A stretch of DNA of 64,000 bases from Haliotis cracherodii (Eukaryota). Numbering within the stretch: the stretch's first letter is position 1; the number at the start of each line of letters is the position of its first letter. The position numbers were made by a program, and so were the translations under genes. Positions 35,403 to 48,915 of this stretch are shown one piece after another. Under the pieces are notes generated by a model that saw nothing but the letters and a program-made list of their open reading frames with translations, was not told the DNA's origin and did no database searches. The DNA is taken from NCBI RefSeq assembly GCF_022045235.1, contig NW_027266267.1:29016001-29080000 (forward strand). The letters are read 5' to 3'.

Positions 35403-37118
35403 TGTATTCTTTTAAGCAAGTGATAAAGGTATCAGCACCTGTAACACACGTCGCAGTGAAAGAATAAAAAAGTTGAAATCCAGAAGTTAACCCTATCTTC
35501 ACTTAAACTTTGTTTCTGAATCCTGTGTTTTCGTGTCCCAATGACTCACGTTTAATGTTTGGTGTTAACGTGAAAACAGCAATTATGGTGTTGCATGCAA
35601 AGAGTTGATAGTTCCTAAAATGATATAATATCGGAAGGGTAGAATTCTGACACTATTTTATGATTGTTTAATGGCTGCATTACGATCTAAAAACTACGAT
35701 TGTAAGACCATTCTCAGCAGTAAATCGTTTGACGTGGATGAATGCATTTATTATTGTTCTTTGTTAGTCTCCGAAATTTCTATTTTTAAAAGGAAATTCA
35801 ACTTGAAGATCATTTGACATATACTAGAAAGAGTCCATATGCAATCAGTTGAGTTGATGTGTAAGGTTAATTAAAACCAAATGCGAACGTGATCGCATGT
35901 TTTTATTTACATTCATAAGTTTTTTAATCATATAGGAGTCACATCTGACTGCATTTAATTGGTATTTCGTTTAAAGTGTTTACCAATTTCGAATTTAATG
36001 GTATGTCATTCTTCTTAAAATATAATAATATTATATTTACGAATATTAAAGCATGTTTTGCCACATCAAATATTTATTCAAATAAATATATATGACTCAT
36101 GTGGATGATGTCTTCGCATAACCACGTGACAGACACGTGGCCTTCATGTCCCGAAAAACTATAAGAAGGCACCTCTAATGGTACTCCCCAGAGTGACTAC
36201 ACAATCTGCAATGCATAACATGGTGGTCCTATGCTACATGTTTATCAATTGATTTAAATGTGATTGACAGATTCTGGTGCAGATATTTGAGCATTCCTCA
36301 TTTTCTTGTATGAAGTTTCATACGATGTCGTGTCAGGAATATTTGGAACTAATATCAGTTGTAGGTTGTATGTAATGTAAATACATTTAGTATGCTGTCA
36401 AATGTCGATATAAAAATACATTTTTGTCACCGTTTAGCAAATTTTGATTCTCTAATAGATGAGACCATATGAATTGAGTAAATAAGTTGATCAAGGTAAC
36501 AGTGTATTGCTACAGTAGTTACATGGTTTATGTGGAGGACATGTCGAAATTTGACGAAGCACTGACAAAAATGATACCCGACGCAATGTTGTCCTCTTTT
36601 GACTTGGTTTAGGTAAACAATTGATTTGCCTTTGCATGTGTTTGACACTGTTGCGGCAGGATACGATCACCTTTTCGTGAAAACCTAGTATCATAAATAT
36701 TTCATATGGATTCATAAACACAAGCTCGGAATCGTACAATGAACTCTGATTTGGAAGAGATTTCTCATACATATATATGTTTTGTTGCCTATGTTTTTCC
36801 TAAGTTAATACGTGGTGTTGCCTTATTTACCTGTCTAAAACATACTCTAAGGAACACTATTTAGAAATAGTGTTTGGAAATGTTTTCGTGGTGTTTTTGC
36901 TAAACATAAGAGAGTGAAAATACGAATGATACTGATAGTAAATCCTTTAAATATGCATTGTGTATACATTCTACGTCAGTCTGTATTATCTGTTTAAGAT
37001 ACGATGGACAAGAACTTATGTGTACATTTATGAATCTGCCAAGTGATACTACATAACGAATCTTGTAAAGATCTTTGAGAATTGAAATGCATTTGTTCAG
37101 TGTGTTTGTTTATAGAAA

Positions 37119-37220
37119 TTTTGTGAGTGGCGGGTGTTACCGGTAGGGTAGGACATGGTTTTTTTCACCGCTATTTTACGCCATATGGAATCTGTTTTGG
37201 CGGATTATCGTTGACGTTTT
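37119..37220 (+). mobile_element. Internally deleted copy of the 3411-3590 repeat
   Basis: Shares TTTTGTGAGTGG..TACCGGTAG..AGGACATG, TATGGAATCT.TTTTGGC.GAT and CGTTGACGTTT. Confidence 0.8.
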
Positions 37221-37244
37221 AAGTTTCCTCTGTACAACACAACA

Positions 37245-37436
37245 CTAGCCGTAGCACTTCTACCACCAATGCCACTACCACTACGACGACCACGACCACG
37301 ACCACGACCCCTACCACTGTCACTATCGCTATCACCACCACCACTACTGCTACCACCACTTCCACCACCACCATCACCACTACTACTACACCGCCTACTA
37401 CTACTACACCGCCTACTACTACTACTACTACTACCA
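37245..37436. repeat. Compound trinucleotide microsatellite (ACC/ACG/ACT)n
   Basis: Direct reading. Confidence 0.95.
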
Positions 37437-37704
37437 CACATTCTTTACAGTTTTCAATTAGCAATAATTCCACTTTGTCATCATCTCTTCCATGTACAGT
37501 AGTTATTAGCAATATCAATATTTTACTTCATATGGACCACAGATCTGTTTCCTGTACATGAAAAGTTCAGGTTTTAATCCTTTCGATAAAGCAGCCATTA
37601 TTGAGATTATTATCCTTAGTTTTTGCTTGTCTGTTCGTCAACAGATATTTATGTTGATTTTATAGTAAGAAGAATAAATATACACAGAGCCAAATGAGTA
37701 CCGT

Positions 37705-37770
37705 AAATAGAAGCGACGAAAACCTTTCCATAATGCCAAAAAACCGTAGTCCATTGTACGATTCCGACAA
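37705..37770 (-). repeat. Dispersed ~90-bp repeat family X, copy 1 (internally deleted)
   Basis: AAGCGAC.AAA.CCTTTCCATA and AGTC.AT.GTACGAT are shared with 58035-58126. Confidence 0.7.
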
Positions 37771-40700
37771 CATCGTCAACTGACTTATATGTGGATTGGG
37801 AGTACAAAATGGTTGTGATGTATGGACACTACTTGCCTGGATGACAACCAATTCATACTGAGACTCGGTCTTCTGTGTGTCATTAACTACAACAGGAGTA
37901 GTAGTGGGTTACAAATTCACTCTCTTTGCCTCGTATTTGAGATTAGCCTACGCACCCAGGTACACTATAGGGTACTACTATCACGTAATATATATATATT
38001 ACTTATTTCAATCATAAAACGAGTATCTGTAATGTATTCCTCAGCCTACAGTTTCACAGGCTCACATTATTGTGTACCTACAAAGGATTCATATTTTGGG
38101 TTCACTCAATGATATTTTGTATGTATATTTTGCATTATTGTCAGTGCGATATTGTTCATGTTGTATGAAATGTGTTAACAGTTACCGAGTTTAAGACACA
38201 GGTACATGCAAAGTCTATTTTCCTTTTAAAAAACCCAGATTGAGTGAAAGGTCTTTTAGTCGTAGAGAACAATAAATATCACTTATTTTTAGTACATTCT
38301 ATATTGAGATATTGAATCCATCTTTGGTCATATATATACAGTAAATATATTTCCAACACCATATAGCTCATACTAACATAATAAATACATTTATACCTAC
38401 TGTGCACGTGTTATTGATGTTGCAACATGCAGCTATCAGGTCTAAAGCATTACCAGTTTAACACTACTATTTTATAGTTATTGATACATCGTTTTCTCTT
38501 TTTTAAAGCACACACGCGCGCGCTCACATGTTCATGCACACATGCACCACAGCACAAATACCCACATATGCCTGTTGACATTTGCCCATAGACGCTATAA
38601 TCTCTGTCTTACAGGTTAATTTTAAAATATTTAATATTTTAGACTCAGATTGCATAGGGGCGTGGAATGAAGATTTGTACATGTTTGTCTTAATTGTAAG
38701 CAGCATGGCCAATTAAGTCTAATGTCCACATTGACTTTAACACGGTTGATCTTAATTATAAGGACACCAGTGGCATTGTCAAATACTTGTATAAATCACA
38801 GAATCACAGGTCGAATCTTCTCTACCCCTGGAATTGTTATTGTGGACACATGGGTAAACCGTACCTCAAAGGGTTACAGAGAAAACTACAGGAGTTTGGA
38901 AAGTTCGTAGGTCAAGTTTTGGAAAGAAAATGCTTCTTTTAATTTAAAGAGCTTGATTATTTTTCATGTTATTCGTTTAATTATCCTGCATTGTTTTCAA
39001 AACATATAGACTATTCACAAGATATATACAAAAATGGTAAAGATATATTAGTTCATTATGAGACATTACACTAGGATATATAACCCATTATTCTGTTATT
39101 TCTTATATATTTCTGTGTTGTGTAACTCGTTAGTCTATGTTATATTACTCGGTACAACACTTTATGCCATATTAAACATATGTGTGTGTTGATCATTGGT
39201 GGCATGTTACTCTTGCTTTGACAGTGCTAGCCAAACAACTATTTATTTACCATAACATGACATGATGTCATAGGCAAATGACCATGGCATCAGGTACAGA
39301 GTATTAGTTATCAAGTGTAAATCAACTTTAACAATTATATTCTAATTCTGAAAAAAAGTAAGTGTTGGTTTTTATAATCAAATGGACTAAATCGTAACTG
39401 AGTTATTTTAATTTCATAAAATGAGGAAAAAACGTTAGCTGTACGTATTATTACCTCAAAGAAAGTCAACTCCGTTACTATTCATGTAATTAGCTAACGA
39501 GCAAATAATATTCTGAAATACATGTTTGTATAATTGTTTTTCGTGTAAGCATCGTGTCTAAAATATCCCAAATGTGTATCCAACATCATTTGCTGACATG
39601 AATATATTTGATATTTATGTATGAGTGCCCCAAAGTGATATGTTAATACCAACGAACAAACATACACAACATTTTGCACCACTATTACGAATGATCACAA
39701 ATAATTAACAAATGATTTGAAAATCACAAGACAATTTGAGAGTAGAATTGAAAACCATTTCTGTATATTAATTTACTTTTATTTTGCATTCCTAATTATT
39801 CTGATAATTTTACTTGCTTGTTTATGGATTATTCAAAGAACTGTTTTCATACGCTTTGCTTCTAGACAATCATTTGGATACATACGTAGCATACATTTAA
39901 TGATCTGAACAAAACAAGGTGAAAGTTGAATACTTATATTGCATGCTAATCATAATATCCACGGTCAAACTTTCACAAATGTATGCACTGAAAATTTCTT
40001 AAATAAATATACTGATAATATAAATTTTGAATTGAATATTTTTGTTTTCATTGTATGAACTAAACCCTGAGCAATCTGAAAACAACAATGTCAAGACATT
40101 CTGGCATTTTCTATGTTCCTCTTTGCATTGTTACACACACCTGTGCAAACAAGAAACATAATATGTTACAACATGTTACATCACTACAAAATCGTAATGA
40201 AAATATGTTTTATAATTAAGAGAACCTTATCGCATAATTACAAATGATACAGCATATTTTAATGTCTCGCAGTTTATGTTTGACTGACTGTTTTAGTTAT
40301 GTCATTTGCCTTAAACCCTCTGAGGTAAGTGTTGGGCATTTTCGTTGGAGTTTCAATGCAAATGTCAGCTTATATTATAGTGTAAATAGCCACTATTGCT
40401 TATCAATAAGTGTATACGGTAAAAGAGAAATAGTGTTTGAAACAATTTCACGTGCCATTAGTGAATATATTTACACCAATAAATGTACAACTCCTTTCAA
40501 CCTGGTTTGGTATCTGATATTTCTTCTGGTTTTAAATACATGTTTTAAAATATATTGTAGTCAACTAGACTTCTCTCCAGTGTCTTATCAGTGGCTGCAA
40601 TGTGCCTTCTACGTGATTTATAATTGAAGATTTTTTAGAAAGATTTCTACTTCAATATTGACATAGTAACTAGTTATGTATCGTAAGACCATGTATGACC

Positions 40701-43197
40701 ACATGATACTAAATTAGCACTGGTTAACTTAATGAAATAAATGAATGTCTAAAGAATAGCAGTCCGATTAGATTTGCTAATAAACTTCACAAAGAATTGT
40801 CAAATGGAGGGAGTTCGCAAAACAATTTTATTTCAAACTCCTTATGTACACAAACGTATATCATTAATAAATATCACTTGGAAAGTGTAGGCGCATTTCC
40901 TAGACTACAATTGAAGTGACAACTACGGCAAGATTGTGAGGAGGAACTTTTAAACTGTCTCTTATATATAACTTCCCTTCGCGACATAATACCACATGTA
41001 ACCATTGCATTGTTTTATGATTACAACCTAACACAATAACATCATTGAATGCAATGCATTGAATGCAAGGGGTATACATATATGTAGGTCACAACGGAGC
41101 TAGACTTACTTACATTTGCGATTTTGTTGCCTAATGTGACTTTTTTTGTATCAGGCCCTATTCATATTCACTGTACTTGAGCAATGGTGAATGAATTCCA
41201 AGAAACATACACAAATTAAATGTGTTGATTTGAGTCTTCCTTTAAACATGAAGATACATAATAATTAAAAATAAATTTGAGATGTTTTGACTTTGAGATA
41301 GCTTTACAAAACAGATTGATTTTGTTCTAAATTTTATAATCTGAAGGGGGTTGGTAATAAATGAGCAAAGTGCCAAACTAGAAATGATTGTATTGAGAAG
41401 CGTATACAGATTCAAGATATCGTTTATTCATATCACATGACATATCGGCTCATCTCATAATCTGGCTTTATCATGCAATTGCAATCCGACTGGATACATT
41501 GCTTAAGATACGGACTTAACCCGGGTAATGTCTTGCGAAATGAATTACTGATATATTGTTAAACTCAGGTTGATCACGACTTACTATTGATGATAAACAC
41601 CACATAAACTTACTGCCCTGTGTGTTCTTGTTTCGAGAACAATTCATTTCAAGTCAATATTAAATCTCCGGAAAACATCGCATTTCAACATTACATTGGG
41701 GCATGACTGCGGTCACCTATTAATGGGTTACATGCAGACGTGGGATACGTTCAGTTTTCTTCGGTTTTGCACCAGTTTTGCAACCTGATGGTATTACTTC
41801 TATCAGTGTATGGCGTTGGTGCATACACGAACTTATATGAAGATAGATTGCAATAGAGTAGAAAATCAAACAACGAAACATATTGATTGGTCAACCCTGA
41901 CATATCAATACACTCGTTGTATCTGTAAAGTATATAAATGAACAGTTGTAGTATACATTTGCACCACAAGCAATAATGCGGTTACACCGATATTATATTG
42001 CATGCATTTATCTCTTTTACTGAATTATTGTTCTTAGTCTCTTTCATAAGGTAAATCTAATTCGGTGTTAATGCAATGGAGGTTTCTCATATTAAATTAC
42101 AATGTTTGAAACATGAAGGCAATTGCAGATGACATGCTTATACAATATCATCAAAGCTTCGTTTCATATCTTTCTAAACAATACATAGCCATCCTAACTT
42201 AACCGTTAGCAACTGATGTCCATTTTCACAATACGTATGGTAAACACGCCCTGTATATATGTTCTAGATATTATAAAGGAAACTGCAGTTGTTGCACACC
42301 ATCAGGAACGTCTTATCGCGGAAATAAAAGCTATACTATATCCTCTGGTCCGGGGCATAGGGAAAATAAAGCTATATTATATCCTCTTGTCAAAGATATA
42401 AGGGACATAAGCGCTATTCTTTAATGTTATGTCCAAGCTGTCATAAGTAAAATAAAGACTTCACTATATAAGGGCATGACACGGAACAAGAAAGTTGCAC
42501 AGAATGTCACTGTTCCTATTATGCAGTGTTTATACCATTACCCCGTCGTAGTTTAAAACAGCAAGTCATATTCCAGTTGTTATTGGAATCACATCCAGGA
42601 AGGTAAACTGTGCGTTGTTGAATTAATCGTCAAAGCGAGCAAAATAAGAGTATATTAGGTTTATTTCTAGTTTATTTCCCCTGTACTAAATTTGTTGAAC
42701 TATGTGGTAACTGTGTATAGACAATTTTTATTACAAGATAGATGTCATGTCATCTACTGTGAGTTCATACATCTCTAGCTGCCCAATGTGAACAAATATG
42801 TATTTCAAGATATTGTACATATTAAGAATTGATCATGTAAGCTTATCATACATGTCATGTGGGACGTAGCAGCGAGAAGTTCCCTCATAACATACCCAGC
42901 TTTATACCACTACAAACGAACTAAACATTGCCATCGCATGGCGATATTATTTGCTAAGACATTAAAATGTAGGTACCTGTGTCATGTAGCTGTTGTTTCC
43001 ACTGTTACATCTTAAGGGTAAGTCTGTTTGATTCTGTATGGTCGGAATAAGTTCTTTAAAATTACAGCTATACTTGTGGCAGGAATCATTTGACAATCGT
43101 TGAATATTTTGTCACTATAAGTCTTCAAATGATGAAGACTCCTGTTGGTTTTGAACCTTTATTTTGACACCATCCTTAAAATAGATGATAAAGTGAA

Positions 43198-43254
43198 ATA
43201 TATCTATATCTATAGATGTATATCTATCTATCTATCTATCTATATATTTCTATC

Positions 43255-43302
<48 letters not shown>

Positions 43303-43344
43303 GTGCATGCGTGCGTGCGCGCGCGCGTGTGTGAGTGTGTGTGT

Positions 43345-43380
<36 letters not shown>
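43198..43380. repeat. Compound microsatellite (TCTA)n(TA)n(CGTG)n(CG)n(TG)n
   Basis: Direct reading. Confidence 0.95.
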
Positions 43381-44526
43381 TATTTTCATATAAATATCAT
43401 TTTATTTATTTTGAGTTGGTTCACATTCTACATACTTGTTATTAACATTTTGTATCACTTTTGAGATTAAACAAAGTGTGCTAATTACTTGGTGCCTGTC
43501 CCTGTTTGTGTACAAATGTATGTAATTTATTTTGTTGCCTTGTTTTTTTTTTAAGAATTGCTTTTTCTTTGAGCATATCAATGATAAGGATATAATAGCA
43601 GAATTAGATCTGTGAACTTATTTCCTTTCAATTTCAGTAAATAACTTTCTGTATCATTTTTATCGTAAAGGCACACGGATCGTTTGCTATAGAAACATAG
43701 ATCACAATTTCCAATGCGAATCTATCGTTCTTTCAAACGAATAAAGTTCCTTTTACAAGTATTCTGGCATTGCAGGTTTATGAAGGTAAGACAAATCAAG
43801 ATTATAAATATGGTAAAAAAGAAGGTAATGCAAAGAGTTTCCAGTTGCTATTGAAATGGTTTATATACATGGTTATCGTAAATATGAATGAAACATTTGC
43901 AAGCGAACGTAGTAATACTGGAATGACTTCACATGTTGAATTTATCTTTTGATTCACCAGTGACAAAAGTCGATGAAAAGTGGCCAGTTTTCCACAACCT
44001 TCGAGAAGGATGCGAGGTTAATAAATTATAATTTATGCAAAGTCGTGTTTTAACAAATATTTTCATTGCTAGAAATGCACGACGAATCGTACATATAAAA
44101 TATGCCCCCGTCACCATGCAATAATGTTTATACCATGCTCCTAATGCGATCCGAACGATTTATTTCATTACAAACACTCTTTGATTATTGACGTGATATA
44201 GTACAGCTATACTAAATACAAGAAGCAGTCTTTTAATAGAATCTACTAACTTATATGTTGCGTTGACAATTTCAAACATATGTCAATAACTTTTCCTGTA
44301 AACATGGCTAATTTCACTGCTATTACCCGTTTATTCAACAGAAACGGTTTCACTTGGGATTTTGGTACGGGAATAGATCGAGCGCTTCAAAGAACACCAT
44401 GCGTCGTCACAGTGGATTGCAACTGATAAATATGCCGTGAAATCAACAACCATCATCCCAAAACCAAACACCGGTGTATATTAAATTTTCTGTCAAAAGG
44501 TCATTTCACAAGTAAATTCAACTTAC

Positions 44527-44790
44527 ATTTCTAAGTCCAGTTGGTGAATCTTCAATGTAATTCGGATGAAAAGGCAATTTTTCTACCACTACAACGAACT
44601 TCGAAACCTTGAAAGACAAGAAGCGAGCGGAGTCTGCAGAGATCTGATGCTATAAGGGGGTAATTTTTATTTAGACATAAATGATTTTTCTTGTTAGGCT
44701 GCGCCATTTTGAATTCTATTTGCCGAACTGTGGACCCTATTTTCTGGCATGCTGCGAGTTCGCCGGCTTGAATAGCCTGAAACATCGGTC
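44527..44790 (-). other. Candidate first exon of a minus-strand transcript (5' boundary approximate), containing a 51-aa ORF at 44707-44552
   Basis: CAAAATGGCGC (YY1/Kozak-like) at 44711-44701; donor AAAT|GTAAGT at 44527/44526; lies within the CpG-rich island. Confidence 0.4.
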
Positions 44791-45020
44791 AACGGACATT
44801 GTGCTGTAGTCTTAACATTATTGTTATCAAAGGGGAGTAACTGGTAACGAAAAAGCAATCGACTTGGCTCGAAACGTAACGAGTCGCATGTCTGGAAAAT
44901 ATGCAAATGACAAGAAGGTATGCACAGCGCCCTTGAACTACTTTCCATGTCTCCTTGCGCGGGATATTATTATGCAAAGTAGTTCCGGCTATGTGGGCTG
45001 GTGGTTGAGAAATGTGCGAG
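44700..45020. promoter_or_regulatory. CpG-rich promoter-like island
   Basis: YY1 motif GCGCCATTTTG at 44701; octamer ATGCAAAT at 44901; inverted pair of ACTACTTT at 44937-44944 and 44976-44983. Confidence 0.5.
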
Positions 45021-46489
45021 ATTGTGCATTCTTTAGCAATCGAAAAAACCCAGAATAATGCTATTTCGTAATTATTGTGAAAGAAATTGCAACATAAGTG
45101 TTTAAAGCTATTTAAAAATTATAAAAAGAGATAAAATAAAATAAATCCTTTGCATCCTTTATCAAAAACAATGCCGACCATCGAAGCGTATGACAATTTT
45201 GTCTATCTATCTAACCAGATAAGATTGTGTCAGTTCAGCATGTAGCAGTGTGAGTTAATTGATATAAATCAGCTTGGAATCGTGATCTCACGAATTTTCG
45301 TTTCCATTTCTAGGTGGTCTTGCATTTGCTGAGGACACATCATAGTTAAAACTATTGTTTAAATCAGAAAATGGTTCATTAATAAATCGTTGTATATTGC
45401 ACTGGTAATGATCTCATTAAGCAATGTAGAAATGCGTTTGCGAACGTTGCTATACTTCTCCACGTGTTTCGAAAATACTATGTATATAAAGCGTTCACGC
45501 CCTATACAAGGAGTTACGTATCTCTCACAAATGTCTAGATGAGGATACGCGGCTAAAATCATAACGTGACTAAAGCAGGTGCATTGGAGATATTCAGGAA
45601 AAATATGAATATATACTCAATTTTGTATATATTACTGAAAATATTATTCGTGCTTACGATATCTTAACCACTTAAGTGAGAAAACTATTTGATCTGTTTT
45701 TGCTGAGCATTGTTTTGTCATCAATATTATATGTTATGTAGTCTTCTAATTATTCACGTGCATTATTCTTCTTTTTCGCACAGAATGTGAATAATACGGA
45801 AATGATTTATGTGCGAAACCTAATTATCCACGATTCAACATAAGTAAAAAACGGGGTTCATATATCTGTAGATGTAAGTGGATAACAATTGGATGTTGAA
45901 AATCCCTATGTATCTTTTGTCTCCAACATTCACACTGTTCTTAAATAGACAAAGATATACAGCAGTGTACATGCATAGTTCCTTTCTTTTTAATATTTTA
46001 ATATAATTTCTAAATACGACAATGCATGTTTCACAGTTCAATAACGATCTCCGAAATTCATTAGAATTTGAAATATAATAAAGAATGTATACAGGTTTAT
46101 CATACACGGAACAATAATAAAGAATATTAGACATCCAAATAAATGATTATATTCATTGAAAGTGAAATGAAACATAGAAAAGGAATACTATGTGGGTAAA
46201 TGGTAGATACTAATTTTATAAATTTAGATATAACGTCTGACGAATCTGATAAAATCAATATAGTTATTGATAGTTAATTCACATACTTACACACTGTATC
46301 ATAGTATTACCTACTTGCAGGTAGACAGTCAAGTTGAAGAAATAAAACTGGGATTAACAGTTTATCCAACGTTTTGATACGAATGTACAGTTAAACGTTT
46401 TAGATTAAGTTTCTTAATGATATGAATGCCAATGTTCCTTACCTATGTATAATAATATATACTTCAAGCAAAACAGAAATGCGTATTCA

Positions 46490-47240
46490 ATCTATAATCC
46501 ATGCACTGATTAAATTTGCACTTCACCTATGATGCATCTAGTACGTAATTTCGTACTTCATCTATAACCAATACACTAAGTAAACTCAACTCCACCTGTA
46601 ATAATTTACAACTTCCCTATACTTAATGTAGAACGTAACTTCCTACTCCAGCTATAATTAATGTAGTACGTAACTTAAAACTCCACCTCCACAATTCATG
46701 CAGTATATATACTTGTACTTCACCAATAATTCATGCAGTATATATACTTGTACTTCACCAATAACTCATGCATTATTAATATACCTGTACTCCACCAATA
46801 ATAATGCAACATATATACTTGTACTTCACTAATAATTCATGCAGTATATATACCTGTACTTCACCAATATTTATGCAGTATATAAACTTGTACTTCACCA
46901 ATAACTCATGCATTATTATTATACCTGTACTCCACCAATAATAATGCAACATATATACTTGTTCTTCACCAATAATTCATGCAGTATTTATACCTGTACT
47001 TCACCAATAATTATGCAACATATGAACTTGTACTTCACCAATATTCATGCAGTATTTATACCTGTACTTCACCAATATTTATGCAGTATATATACATGTA
47101 CTTCACCAATAATTATGCAGTATATATACCTGTACTTCACCAATAATTATGCAACATATATTCTTGTACTTCACCAATAATTCACTCAGTAAATATTTTT
47201 GTACTTCATAGAGTATTAATGCAGTACTTGTACTTCATGA
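46490..47240. repeat. 33-36-bp AT-rich minisatellite (TATATATACTTGTACTTCACCAATAATTCATGCAG), ~20 copies, left part decayed
   Basis: Period 35 (46697, 46732); a 140-bp block recurs (46761, 46901). Confidence 0.93.
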
Positions 47241-47746
47241 AAGAGGTATACTCCTGAAAAATTAACATCTCTCCAGAACACATACAACACATAACATCAG
47301 CACATTAATGTTTTCAGAATGTAGTAGTAGTCAATTTACATGACATTATGAATATTCTTTGCTGTAATTATAAGTCATTGCTTTATTCGCTTATTTACTT
47401 TGTTGATCATTTGTAACAACCACTGATTAATACCTTTATTGTATTGTACCTATGTTCAACTCGTTCATAAATTAAAATGCTTTTCCATGTGTTGTGGTTG
47501 TATTTATTTCTAGATGTTGATATCGATAAGATATTAGATGAAATAAAACATTCACATGCGAAGTGACACACTAGCGGTGAATGACATCAGATTTGCTGTT
47601 TTTATAGTGTTTTGTGCCATGGTTTGACAATTGGCATTGTCGTTGTGCTGTATATGCATGTGCAATGTGCAATGTACACATACGAACAGGTGTCCCCTCT
47701 GTGCATGTGTCACGTAGGGTCTTTTTTCTACATTTTCTTGAGCCTT

Positions 47747-47750
<4 letters not shown>

Positions 47751-47793
<43 letters not shown>

Positions 47794-47828
47794 TATAGAT
47801 ATATAGATATATATATATATAGATATAT
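47751..47828. repeat. (TA)n/(TAGATA)n microsatellite
   Basis: Direct reading. Confidence 0.95.
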
Positions 47829-48299
47829 TGTATATTTTATTGTAAAGAATATTGTAAACTATTCTGTTTCTACTTAACCCTTATAAATTTAGAGATTGAT
47901 TTTGTAAAGTGAGCCAGTGACGCCATTACATCGTATGATGGTTTGCATTGAAGCTGAAAAGGTAGGTACCTATTCTAAATATTGTTCATGGAAATATGTT
48001 TTTATATATAAATAGAAATATATGACGTAAGGTTGTGATCTCAGTCGAAGTTAAGCGTTATGAACAGTGTGGGAAGGCATAGGCTATTGTACAGAGACAG
48101 AAACATGCCTTTAACCCCCAACACACCCCACACCACCTTCCATACACACAGACACGCAAGCAGACATGTATCCACAAACAATCCAACAATCTGATTATTT
48201 GGAAATTGGGTGTTTTATTTCATTCCTTCCATTGCTATGCCAAGGGCTGATTATATTGTGCATTTTATTAAACATGTTTAAAGTGCTACATTATTACTC

Positions 48300-48600
48300 C
48301 GGTCAATGGATCAGTGTGCACGCGTTTTCCATTATCAGCTCCCTGGAGAGTATACAACCCAAGTTGCCTTTGATGCGCTAAATGTTAACAGACTACCTCA
48401 TTCTACCGGGTACCCATTCACTGATGAGTGAACAGAGACATATTTCGAAATTACCAAAGTAGACCCTACATTTGCTTACATTTACTTCTGTGTGGGGCAG
48501 GACCGAAGGCTCCCCAGACACTCCCAGGGTGAAGCTGACGAATGCCCATCAAACTACTCTCCGCGAACAACGTCGCTTAACTTCACCTGATTTGTGACCT
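48300..48600 (-). mobile_element. Composite SINE relic: 5S rRNA-like segment, CORE-like segment and Deu-like segment
   Basis: Minus strand reads ATCAGGTGAAGTTAAGCGACGTTGTTCGCGGAGAGTAGTTTGATGGG (5S A box to C box), then CTCTGTTCACTCATCAGTGAATGGGTACCCGG, then GGGTTGTATACTCTCCAGGGAGCTGA. Domain names are from recall. Confidence 0.65.
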
Positions 48601-48639
48601 GTGCGAGGTACACAGGACCACGTACTTCGTGACATAAGT

Positions 48640-48700
48640 CCATTGTCAATTTTCCCTCTCAGCTCCCTGGGGAGTATGCAACCCAATTACTAATTACCAT
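48640..48700 (-). mobile_element. Second Deu-like fragment
   Basis: TCAGCTCCCTGGGGAGTATGCAACCCAA is nearly identical to 48335-48362. Confidence 0.7.
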
Positions 48701-48773
48701 TCCATATAACGAACATAGAAAACTATAGGTTTGATTATTCTACATATTGAGATTTTCATGGTGTGAGTGATCA

Positions 48774-48915
48774 TGAGTGAGTGGGGTTTCACGAAGTTCA
48801 TATTTCAACATTTCATCCACATAAAAAAAGGATACATCAGAAACGGGCTTTACATATGAGAATCGAACCTAGGACATCGCCAACGCTTTAACCACCAAGC
48901 AAACCCTACCGCCCC
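48774..48915 (-). mobile_element. SINE family 1, decayed full-span copy
   Basis: GAGTGAGT tail, CAGAAACGGGCTTTACA, GAATCGAACC (B box), AACGCTTTAACCAC..ACCGCCCC (head). Confidence 0.85.

Noticed and set aside
37205-37518. Poly-Ser/Gly, poly-Val and poly-Pro ORFs
   Set aside because: Trinucleotide microsatellite.
38700-38942. 80-codon open frame (...DTSGIVKYLYKSQ...CYCGHMGKPY...)
   Set aside because: No clear splice sites or homology; the length is compatible with chance.
48545-48592. 5S rRNA gene
   Set aside because: Only ~48 nt of diverged internal promoter region, embedded in SINE-like sequence.
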